Source of the DNA: Dehalococcoidia bacterium
GTDB taxonomy: Bacteria; Chloroflexota; Dehalococcoidia; Plut-88900
Reading direction: 5' to 3'
Length of the DNA: 64,000 nucleotides
Assembly (NCBI GenBank): GCA_965249275.1
Contig: CBDFLQ010000007.1
Coordinates: forward strand, 96,001-160,000
A model generated the notes under the pieces. It saw only the letters and a program-made list of their open reading frames with translations. It made no database searches and was not told the origin of the DNA. The translations under genes and the position numbers were made by a program. Of the stretch, positions 20,890-29,112 are shown one piece after another. The stretch's first letter is position 1; each line of letters starts with the position of its first letter.

Positions 20890-21311
20890 TACTGGGTGGG
20901 TTTGACGGTGACGGATGGCCTTATATAAAGGGATTTCTGGTCCTTCCTCGCCTGGGGATTTATGGTAATGTCCAATTCCTACTGGATACTGGTGCCGAAT
21001 CAACGTGCATTCATCCGGCGGACTCCCTGAAGCTAGATATACCCTTTGGTAGACTCCTTTCCCCAAGTATGTCCTACGGCGTTGGGGGAAGCTCCCTTTA
21101 CCATAAAGAACCGGCCGTCCTTTCCTTCTTAGACGATGTGGTAATGCAGTCCTATAGAATTCACCTATACATTGCCGATCCCACCACCACAAATGCTGTG
21201 TTTCCTTCCCTGTTAGGCCGGGACGTATTGAATCGTTGGCGTGTAGAGTACGATCCAACAAATTTGAGTCTCGAGTGTATAGTGCGTAGCGCCGACCGAA
21301 CTGTAGACTAA
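20886..21311 (+). CDS. Retropepsin-like (clan AA) aspartyl protease
   Basis: FLLDTGA catalytic motif and SLLGRDVL. Confidence 0.85.
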   Translation: MILGGFDGDGWPYIKGFLVLPRLGIYGNVQFLLDTGAESTCIHPADSLKLDIPFGRLLSPSMSYGVGGSSLYHKEPAVLSFLDDVVMQSYRIHLYIADPTTTNAVFPSLLGRDVLNRWRVEYDPTNLSLECIVRSADRTVD

Positions 21312-21343
21312 ACAACCCCGGCTGTTAACGCGGAGATTGCGCA

Positions 21344-21844
21344 ATGGATTGTCCTACTTGCGGGACACGGAATGATGACAGATACAGGTTCTGCGGGACC
21401 TGCGGTAAGAAATTACAAGAGCGAACATCCATATTCGGCAACCGTGACCCGATAGACCGGGAACCTCCTGCCGAAACAGGTCCCGTATTTGACCCTTACA
21501 GGGGCCCTGAACCTATAGAACAGGCACCCCCTCCCGACCCCGTTTCCGGATATGGCTCCTACCGTGCCCCGGGCACAAATCCCACCCGGATACCGAACTA
21601 CCTGGTTCCAGCCATCCTGGTTACCCTCTTCTGCTGTGTTCCTTTCGGTATCATTTCCATCGTCTACGCGGCTCAAGTGAATGGCAAAGTCGCGCTGGGC
21701 GACATAGAAGGAGCATTGCGAACATCCCGAAGCGCAAAGAAGTGGGCGTGGCTTTCGTTTGGCACGGGACTATTGATAACTGTAGGGTGGATAATCTACA
21801 TAGGGGTTGGCCTTGCCGGTTCAGACTTGGGTGGGCTTGAGTGA
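21344..21844 (+). CDS. Zinc-ribbon + CD225/dispanin family protein (copy 1)
   Basis: CPTCG...FCGTCG; PNYLVPAILVTLFCCVPFGIISIVYAAQVNGK...GDIEGA...S. Confidence 0.88.
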   Translation: MDCPTCGTRNDDRYRFCGTCGKKLQERTSIFGNRDPIDREPPAETGPVFDPYRGPEPIEQAPPPDPVSGYGSYRAPGTNPTRIPNYLVPAILVTLFCCVPFGIISIVYAAQVNGKVALGDIEGALRTSRSAKKWAWLSFGTGLLITVGWIIYIGVGLAGSDLGGLE

Positions 21845-21861
21845 ATCATGACGTTGCCGTA

Positions 21862-21960
21862 ACACACTCGCCCAACGTGCAAACCAAGACGTTCGCCCTA
21901 GACCCATGGTTCTGATTTGGAGGATGTCGGATGCACTGCCCAACCTGTGGTGCTAGAAAC
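21862..21960 (+). repeat. About 99-bp direct repeat (69-nt leader, RBS and first 10 codons); second copy 22573-22671
   Basis: ACACACTCGCCC...GTGCAAACCAAG...TTCGCCCTAGAC...CTGATTTGGAGGA..TCGGATGCACTGC...ACCTGTGGTGCTAGAAAC, colinear in both copies. Confidence 0.9.
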
Positions 21961-22263
21961 TATTTGGATGCACGGTTCTGTAGAGGTTGTGGCCAAGACC
22001 TGCACGGATCTGAGCAGATGCCGCGCATCCGCAACTATCTTGCGCTGTCGGTTCTGGTAACCTTCTTCTGTTGCCTCCCCTTGGGTATAGCTGCCATCAT
22101 TTATGCAGCCCAGGTGAACGGGAAGCTCGCCGCGGGGGATATAACAGGTGCACGGCAGGCGTCCCGTACTGCACTAAAGTTGGTAGTATTTTCCTTTTTA
22201 CTCGGGTCGATAATAATCGGGTTGCCGCTTGCGTACATGCTTGTGTGGATATTTACATATTAG
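21931..22263 (+). CDS. Zinc-ribbon + CD225/dispanin family protein (copy 2)
   Basis: CPTCG...FCRGCG; NYLALSVLVTFFCCLPLGIAAIIYAAQVNGK. Confidence 0.88.
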   Translation: MHCPTCGARNYLDARFCRGCGQDLHGSEQMPRIRNYLALSVLVTFFCCLPLGIAAIIYAAQVNGKLAAGDITGARQASRTALKLVVFSFLLGSIIIGLPLAYMLVWIFTY

Positions 22264-22307
22264 CCAGTGCCCGCAACCGCATGAGTAAAGTGCTGAATTG
22301 AAGCCTC

Positions 22308-22667
22308 ATGCCCAACAATGATGACTATTACAAGTTCCTTGACGTGTCTCCGACTGCCTCTCTTGAGGAGATCAGGAGCACCTTCCGGCGGATGGCGCTC
22401 AAGTACCACCCCGACAAGAACAAGGACCCTTGGGCCGAGACAATCTTCATGCAGATCAATGAGGCCTATCAGGTACTCGGAAACCCCAAGAAACGAGCCG
22501 CCTATGACGCAGAAAGACGAGCCGAGGCCCAACGTGCCGAGGAACGCCAACGCGGCCAACAGGGGCCTCGCTACACACTCGCCCGATGTGCAAACCAAGG
22601 CCTTCGCCCTAGACTCATTGACCTGATTTGGAGGAAATCGGATGCACTGCTCTACCTGTGGTGCTAG
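22308..22667 (+). CDS. J-domain (DnaJ-like) protein, C-terminus probably truncated or chimeric
   Basis: DYYKFLDV, KYHPDKNK (HPD motif), INEAYQVL, KRAAYD. The last about 30 codons are the duplicated leader. Confidence 0.8.
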   Translation: MPNNDDYYKFLDVSPTASLEEIRSTFRRMALKYHPDKNKDPWAETIFMQINEAYQVLGNPKKRAAYDAERRAEAQRAEERQRGQQGPRYTLARCANQGLRPRLIDLIWRKSDALLYLWC

Positions 22668-23064
22668 AAACGATGACAACGCCCGGTTCTGTGTCAACTG
22701 CGGCCAAAAACTGGAAGCTGAGGAGTCGCTACCCGGTGGCAGTCCTCCCTATCAACGATTCGGAGGTTCCACCTATGAACCTTTCGGGGATTCCGACAGC
22801 CACCCACAGCACATTCCCAACTACCTAGTACCGTCAATCCTGGTTACCATCTTCTGCTGCCTGCCGTTGGGCATAGCGGCCATCATCTTTGCAGCCCAGG
22901 TGAATGGGAAGGTCGCCGCCGGCGACATCGCTGGGGCACAGTCGTCATCCCGCACGGCTAGAACCTTGGTAATAGTTCCCGTCGTAGTGGGAGCGGTAGT
23001 AATCGGCATAGCACTGCTGGCAGGACTCTTGGGAGATCCTCCTCCCGAGTTGATCAATGAATGA
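22642..23064 (+). CDS. Zinc-ribbon + CD225/dispanin family protein (copy 3)
   Basis: CSTCG...FCVNCG; PNYLVPSILVTIFCCLPLGIAAIIFAAQVNGK. Confidence 0.88.
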   Translation: MHCSTCGARNDDNARFCVNCGQKLEAEESLPGGSPPYQRFGGSTYEPFGDSDSHPQHIPNYLVPSILVTIFCCLPLGIAAIIFAAQVNGKVAAGDIAGAQSSSRTARTLVIVPVVVGAVVIGIALLAGLLGDPPPELINE

Positions 23065-23067
23065 ACC

Positions 23068-23520
23068 ATGTCGTTAAGTACACAAACTAAAGACTTCCTA
23101 CAGCCGATTCGCGGATACGTACTCTCCGAGAGGGCCATCTATGTAGCCGCAGGCCTCTTGGCCCTTGGCGCTGCCGCTATGCTTTACGTCCTCGACCCCC
23201 GGGAGCCGGGCAACTACCCCATCTGTCCCTTCCTGGGCCTGACCGGCTACCACTGCCCCGGCTGTGGCACACTTCGGGCTTTGCACCAGCTTCTCCACGG
23301 CAGCCCCTTGAATGCAATAGGGTACAACCCACTCACGATACTCTCGCTGCCTTTCCTTGCGTATGCCTTCGTTGCAGGTGGGTTGAGAGCCTTCCGGGCC
23401 CCGGCGCCCGCGCCCATCATTATCCACCCCAAGCTTATATGGGCCATGCTCTTCGGCATAGCGGCCTTCTGGGTCCTGCGAAACATCCCTATCCAGCCCC
23501 TCTCCATCCTCGCTCCCTAG
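23068..23520 (+). CDS. DUF2752-family membrane protein
   Basis: CPFLGLTGYHCPGCGTLRALHQLLHG...YNPL...FWVLRNIP. Confidence 0.85.
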   Translation: MSLSTQTKDFLQPIRGYVLSERAIYVAAGLLALGAAAMLYVLDPREPGNYPICPFLGLTGYHCPGCGTLRALHQLLHGSPLNAIGYNPLTILSLPFLAYAFVAGGLRAFRAPAPAPIIIHPKLIWAMLFGIAAFWVLRNIPIQPLSILAP

Positions 23521-23552
23521 TCCCGCTCACATAGAGGGGTGACATCACCCCC

Positions 23553-23581
23553 TTGACTGCATAAGACAAATGTTCTATTAT
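23553..23581 (+). promoter_or_regulatory. Promoter with LexA-like box, no clear downstream gene
   Basis: TTGACT, 17 nt, TATTAT. AGAC-AAAT-GTTC (23564-23575) abuts the -10. TAAGGAGG follows at about 23610 without a start codon. Confidence 0.5.
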
Positions 23582-24445
23582 TGGGCTGGTCTAGACCCGA
23601 CACCCACCTTAAGGAGGAACCAAAAACCCAGGGGAAGCCCACCAGACCCACCCGAGGACTCAACGCCCAAGCCCATCCCAACGGCCCTCGCGCAGGCCCG
23701 AGGCTCAAGCAAAAGATGTCATCTCCTCATCCCACCGGGTCCCGTGCCCCCTTCCCTGACCCCCAGGCGATGGAAGAAGCCCTGGCTTTCTACTCCCACC
23801 CCTCTCCCGCCACCCCCCCGTCATTCCGGCCCCCGAGCCGGAATCCAGGGGCAGGGTGCGCAGAGAGATTACAACAAGGGTGACAGGAGCTGTACTCGCG
23901 GACCGTGTGACCCCCATAGAGAACCGTCTCGAAGTTCGGACCGCATTGCAAGAGTTAGCGCGCTACGGCGAGGGGGTGCCGGAGGATTTGCTCCGTATCG
24001 CTCCGGCAAAGTAGGACAAATATAGTTTGGCTTGTGGGGCCACAGCTGGATCCCTGGCCCACGAGATGCCCATAGTGGCATACAGCCCAAAAATGGAGCC
24101 TCTGACGGACATCCTGCCCTGGATCGGTCCGTGCATATAATCGAGCAAAGGGCACGGCCGGCTGCAAGTCCCTCCCTCTCAGGCGGGGCCTGCTCTCCAG
24201 GTCCCCCGACAGCCGGAACACCCGCAAAGAGAGATGCAAAGCCAATTAGAGGGCAAGAGGGCCTCTTCCATCGCCAACCCAAAACCCAACAAACAGAACG
24301 GAACCCGAAACCCCACAACTGAATAGAAACCCGGCGTGTCACTAACCTGCCGAACGAGTGCACTCCCTAGTCCTTCCATCTGCCTAACAGGTAAACTTAC
24401 TCTGCCCCACTCGCTCCCCGCCCTTCCATCAATAGGAGTTCACCG

Positions 24446-25828
24446 ATGCCCAATGCAACCGTGAAGATAGAAAACGTCCGCTTCATCCTTACCCTGGACC
24501 CGGAAAGAAGGATCATCCGGGACGGGTCGATTATCGTTGAAGGTTCGAGGATTACCCAGGTCGGCAAGGCCGCCGACCTCAAGGACGTCCCCGCAGACAG
24601 GGTGATCGATGGCTCTGAAATGGTGGCGACACCCGGCTTCATCAACGGTCATCTCCACATCTCCTACGCCCACGCCACGCGAGGCATATTCCCCGATTCC
24701 CTCGACCCGGTCGACTACTTGGGTAACGTCTTCCGCCTCGCCCTCCAGATGCGCCCCGAGGAGGAGTACAACACCTCCCTCCTCGCCCTCACCGAGGCCC
24801 TTAAATACGGCACTACCACCGTCGTAGACCCGGGCACCACCCGCTATCCCGACTCCTGCATCAAGGCGTACGAGGAGTCCGGGGCGAGAGTCATCATCGG
24901 GGCATCGGTTACCGATCTTCCCAACGCGATCAACGTACCTCTAGTCAGCCTGCAAGATGCAGAGCAATTGATGGAGAGCACGGTCAAGCAGTTCGACGGC
25001 GCACTGGACGGCCGAGTCCGGGCCTGGACCATGCCCGCCGACGTTAGCTCCTCGTCCAAGGAGCTGCTTCAGGCCGCCAAGCGCATAGCCGACGAAAACG
25101 GCACCCGGATGACCATCCACTGCGTTAATTCACCCCAGGCGGTGGAGGCCTTTCTTAGCAACTATGGTAGGCGACCCATCGAGTGGCTGGAGGACATCGG
25201 CGTCCTTGGCCCCAACCTCCTGCTCGCCCACGTGGTCGGCCTCAACGACTCGGAGGTTGACTGTGTGGCCAGGACAGACACCAAGATGGTAATGTGCCCG
25301 ACCGCGGCCGTGAAGATGGGTGCAGGCACCTCTTCGCGGGGCCGTTTGCCGGAGATGATAGAGAGCGGAGTCACTGTCGGCCTGGGCACCGACTCTGCGA
25401 ACAACTCCTGTGTCGCCGAAGTTTTGCGGTCGATGTACTTAGCCGCGGTCCTATACAAGGATGGCCGGGGCTCGACCAGCATGGTCCCTGCGGAGAAGGC
25501 CCTGGAGATGGCCACAATCGACGGCGCGCGGGCCCTGGGGCTCGAGTCGGACATCGGCTCCATCGAGACCGGCAAGAAGGCCGATATTGTCCTCTTCGAC
25601 ACCCGCCGCCCCGAGTGGCGCACCCTGTTCAATCCCGTCAACAGCCTGGTATACAATGCCGATGGCAGGAGCGTGCACACGGTTCTCGTCGACGGCAGGA
25701 TAGTGGTAGCGGACCAAAAGCCAACCTACGTGGACGAGTGGGAGTTGATCCAGAAGGTGCAGGCCATAGGCGCAGACATGCTCTCCCGCACTAACACCCA
25801 CTTCCCGCAGTCTTGGCCCATTGTCTAA
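24446..25828 (+). CDS. Amidohydrolase (MTA/SAH deaminase, SsnA/AtzA-like)
   Basis: PGFINGHLH, TIHC, LLAHVV, LGTDS, GSIETGKKADIV. Confidence 0.88.
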   Translation: MPNATVKIENVRFILTLDPERRIIRDGSIIVEGSRITQVGKAADLKDVPADRVIDGSEMVATPGFINGHLHISYAHATRGIFPDSLDPVDYLGNVFRLALQMRPEEEYNTSLLALTEALKYGTTTVVDPGTTRYPDSCIKAYEESGARVIIGASVTDLPNAINVPLVSLQDAEQLMESTVKQFDGALDGRVRAWTMPADVSSSSKELLQAAKRIADENGTRMTIHCVNSPQAVEAFLSNYGRRPIEWLEDIGVLGPNLLLAHVVGLNDSEVDCVARTDTKMVMCPTAAVKMGAGTSSRGRLPEMIESGVTVGLGTDSANNSCVAEVLRSMYLAAVLYKDGRGSTSMVPAEKALEMATIDGARALGLESDIGSIETGKKADIVLFDTRRPEWRTLFNPVNSLVYNADGRSVHTVLVDGRIVVADQKPTYVDEWELIQKVQAIGADMLSRTNTHFPQSWPIV

Positions 25829-26587
25829 ATGTCGAAACTAGCTCTGATAATTCGTCACGCCGCCCCCGAGACCCTGGCCGGGAACTACACCTCGGTCCTA
25901 CAGGAGCGCGGCTTCGAGTTCCACCCCCGTAACATCTTCGAGAGTGCCCCTGCTTTCGACAAATTCGACCCACCTTCGCTTGAAGACACCGATCTGATCA
26001 TTGCCATCGGCGGCCCACAATCGGCCAACGACAGCTATCCCGCCCTGCACGCGGAACGTCAGTTTCTTGGAGACGCTATGGCTTCTGGCAAGCCCGTGTT
26101 TGGTGTTTGTCTGGGAGCGCAAATCATGTCCAAGGCACTGGGTGGAGAAGTAGCTCCGACAGGCGGTTACGAGTTCGGCCTGCGCAAAATCTGGGTCACC
26201 GAGGAAGGAAGCCGGGACCCGGTCTTCAGCAAGTTCCGCGTGCCCCTTGTCCCGACCCTCCACGGCGAGTGCTTCATCGTTCCTCCCGGCGCAACCGAAC
26301 TGGCATACGGCTACATGCTCTGCAAAGACGGAACCTTCAAAAGGCAAAGCATGGCTTTTCGACACGGCAACTCCTATGCCTTCCAGTTCGAACCCCAGCT
26401 CACTCTTGATGAACTGAAAGTCTGGAATCGAGACCTCGCCGCCGACTACAAATTGATGGGCCCTTCATTCGATCCGGCCTTTGAAGCCGCGACTAACCTC
26501 CGGGAATTCACAGCCTATTCGCCGATATATGAAGCCCAGTCCAGGGAGATGCTGGTGGCCTTTCTTGAAAATGCGGGCCTGGCCTAG
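25829..26587 (+). CDS. Class I glutamine amidotransferase-like protein
   Basis: GGPQSAND and FGVCLGAQ nucleophile elbow. QFEPQ stands where QFHPE is usual. Confidence 0.82.
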   Translation: MSKLALIIRHAAPETLAGNYTSVLQERGFEFHPRNIFESAPAFDKFDPPSLEDTDLIIAIGGPQSANDSYPALHAERQFLGDAMASGKPVFGVCLGAQIMSKALGGEVAPTGGYEFGLRKIWVTEEGSRDPVFSKFRVPLVPTLHGECFIVPPGATELAYGYMLCKDGTFKRQSMAFRHGNSYAFQFEPQLTLDELKVWNRDLAADYKLMGPSFDPAFEAATNLREFTAYSPIYEAQSREMLVAFLENAGLA

Positions 26588-26607
26588 GGCCGAGGAAGAG
26601 TGAAGAT

Positions 26608-27834
26608 ATGAAAGCACTGACGAACGCCAACCTGATAGATGGCACCGGAGCTCCTGCGAAGGCGGGACACACAGTGCTGATAGATGAAGATAGGATCGTT
26701 GAAGTCGGGCCCTGGGAGAAGACCACCATTCCACCTACGGCGGACGTCACGGACCTGCAGGGGATGACCCTTATGCCGGGCCTCATCGACTGCCATGACC
26801 ACATCGCCGGTTCCGTATACGGTCTAGTCGGCAGATGGGAACTCGATGCCCCTCCCAGCCTGAGACACCTGCGTACTGCTGAAACCCTGAGAAAAACCCT
26901 CAATATGGGCTATACGGCATTCAGAGATGCCGGCGGCCTGGACCAGGGATTCAAAATGGCTATAAAGGAGGGGCTTATCCCTGGACCTCGCCTGGTATTG
27001 AGCTTGAGCATCATCTCTCCCACCGGCGGCATTGGTGATTGGTCGAGTCCCTCGGGTCATCATCGACCGGATCCCGGTAATGTCAGCTTGCCTCGCGGCG
27101 TTGCCAATGGCGTCGATGCCATCCGTGCGAAGGTCAGGGAGATTGCCCGCATGGGCGCAGACGTCATTAAGTTTGCTACAACCGGTGGGGCCAGTTCGCG
27201 CCCGGGCCACGGGCCCAAGGACATCGCATTCGGAAAGGATGAGATTTTTGCCATAGTGGAAGAGGCTCACGCCTTGGGCAAACGTGCCATGTGTCATGCC
27301 ATCGGTGGCCCGGGCCTCAAGCTCGCCGTTGAAGCAGGCGCCGACAGCATCGAACACGGCAGCTATGTTGACGAAGACCCGGAAATAATTCCCATGATGG
27401 CGGAAAAAGGCATCTTCCTGGTCCCCACATTGACCGTGTATGCCTTCCATCGCGATGCACCTGAGCCTCACTTCAGTTCCCGTGCCCAGGCGATGTACGC
27501 GCATCAGGTCGAAAGCATCCAGAAGGCGCTGGAAGCGGGAGTAAAGGTCGTGGCGGGCACCGACGCCGGCGGCTACGAACATTACATAAACGCCCAGGAG
27601 TTGCAATGGCTTGTGGAACAAGGTGGCATGACCAACAGCCAGGCCATCGTGTCGGCGACGGGATGGGCGGCGGAGTGTCTCGGTTTGGAGAAGGACATCG
27701 GCACCGTGGAGCCGGGAAAGCTCGCCGACCTGATAGTCGTGGACGGCGATCCAATTCTTAACATAAAGCTTCTACAGGACCAGTCTCGTATCAGGGCCGT
27801 AATCAAAGGCGGCGTCACTCACCTATCCAAGTAA
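26608..27834 (+). CDS. Metal-dependent amidohydrolase (prolidase-like subgroup)
   Basis: MPGLIDCHDH, GADVIKF, MCHAIG, SIEHG, AGTDAG, GKLADLIVVDGDP. Confidence 0.9.
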   Translation: MKALTNANLIDGTGAPAKAGHTVLIDEDRIVEVGPWEKTTIPPTADVTDLQGMTLMPGLIDCHDHIAGSVYGLVGRWELDAPPSLRHLRTAETLRKTLNMGYTAFRDAGGLDQGFKMAIKEGLIPGPRLVLSLSIISPTGGIGDWSSPSGHHRPDPGNVSLPRGVANGVDAIRAKVREIARMGADVIKFATTGGASSRPGHGPKDIAFGKDEIFAIVEEAHALGKRAMCHAIGGPGLKLAVEAGADSIEHGSYVDEDPEIIPMMAEKGIFLVPTLTVYAFHRDAPEPHFSSRAQAMYAHQVESIQKALEAGVKVVAGTDAGGYEHYINAQELQWLVEQGGMTNSQAIVSATGWAAECLGLEKDIGTVEPGKLADLIVVDGDPILNIKLLQDQSRIRAVIKGGVTHLSK

Positions 27835-27924
27835 TCCACCCCGGCACGAAGCTTTGTCCTATCGTTCTTTCGTCCAAACGGGTTTGGCGCGACCGCCAAC
27901 GACAGGCTAGAATTACCTGCGCTC

Positions 27925-28002
<78 letters not shown>

Positions 28003-28264
28003 ATTCCCAGCACGGCACGTGCATTTTGAAAGGTTCAACCGAATATCTAAAGAGATATCACCGCGCCCACTTTTGCTATAAGATAGTCTTTTAGGCATCA
28101 CACCAGCATGTCATAGACCTGATACGCATTTGATACTACCATTGACCTTGGTCATACAACCCGCAAAGATTGGCCGGTACAATCAGGTTACCCTAACTCT
28201 GTTAAAGATACCCTTGCCTCCCAAGTTCACTCTCCATTGCCCATCGAGCGATTAATCCCACAAG

Positions 28265-28960
28265 GTGTGCCCTTTGAACCTGGATATTCTTTCTAAGCTG
28301 CTGGAATCCGCAACATGCGGCGCCTACGCCGTGTCAATAGATCAGACCATCGTACTCTGGAACCGTAATGCCGAGCGCATCCTCGGTCACTCGTCCCAAA
28401 ACGTGCTGGGCCGCAAGTGCTACGAGGTTATGGAAGGCGTCACTTCAATCGGTCTGACGCCCCAGTGCCTGGGCGGCTGCCCGTCAATGCACTACCTGCG
28501 TGCTGGGCTGATACCGGCTATGGCGCGGCTTCAAATGCTATGTTCCACCGGGGAACGCAAGTGGCTGTCCCTCACTCCCATGGTGGTTGCCGGTATCCTT
28601 AGAGACGCGCCTCTGCTGGTCCACTTGTTCGACGACGGCGAGCAAGAGGAGGATTTTGATCAGACTAGAGACTCAGTGCACGATGCACTGGCAGAGAGCG
28701 GCGCTCAGATCATCTCTGACCACCCCCCTGCCCCCCTCGGGGAGGACCCTGCACTTTCACGGCGAGAATTGGAAGTGTTGCGTTTAGTCGCACTGGGTTG
28801 GGATACTCCGCGTATAGCCGCCGAGCTGGGCATCAGCCGACACACCGTGCGCAACCATATCCGAAATCTAAGGCACAAACTCAACGCAACCACCAAGCTG
28901 GATGCTGTGATGAAAGGCATACGGTTAGGCATCCTGGCAATGGGCCGGTCATCGCGCTAG
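28265..28960 (+). CDS. PAS-domain LuxR-family transcriptional regulator
   Basis: WNRNAERILG PAS motif; LSRRELEVLRLVALG...LGISRHTVRNHI LuxR HTH. Confidence 0.88.
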   Translation: MCPLNLDILSKLLESATCGAYAVSIDQTIVLWNRNAERILGHSSQNVLGRKCYEVMEGVTSIGLTPQCLGGCPSMHYLRAGLIPAMARLQMLCSTGERKWLSLTPMVVAGILRDAPLLVHLFDDGEQEEDFDQTRDSVHDALAESGAQIISDHPPAPLGEDPALSRRELEVLRLVALGWDTPRIAAELGISRHTVRNHIRNLRHKLNATTKLDAVMKGIRLGILAMGRSSR

Positions 28961-29112
28961 CAAACTCGCCTGCCGACCGTGCTGCACGATATGTATCGAC
29001 GAAACCGGCAACTTGTGCGTCGCTTGAGGTATTTCCCCCTTCCCTTAGAATGAATCCTGATTCAACTGCGCCACTTGGCCAAGATTCTTAACCTTCCTGC
29101 AAGAGGTCTCAC

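Noticed and set aside
24170-24240. Glycine riboswitch (CTCTCAGG)
   Set aside because: The other aptamer motifs are not present in the right order.
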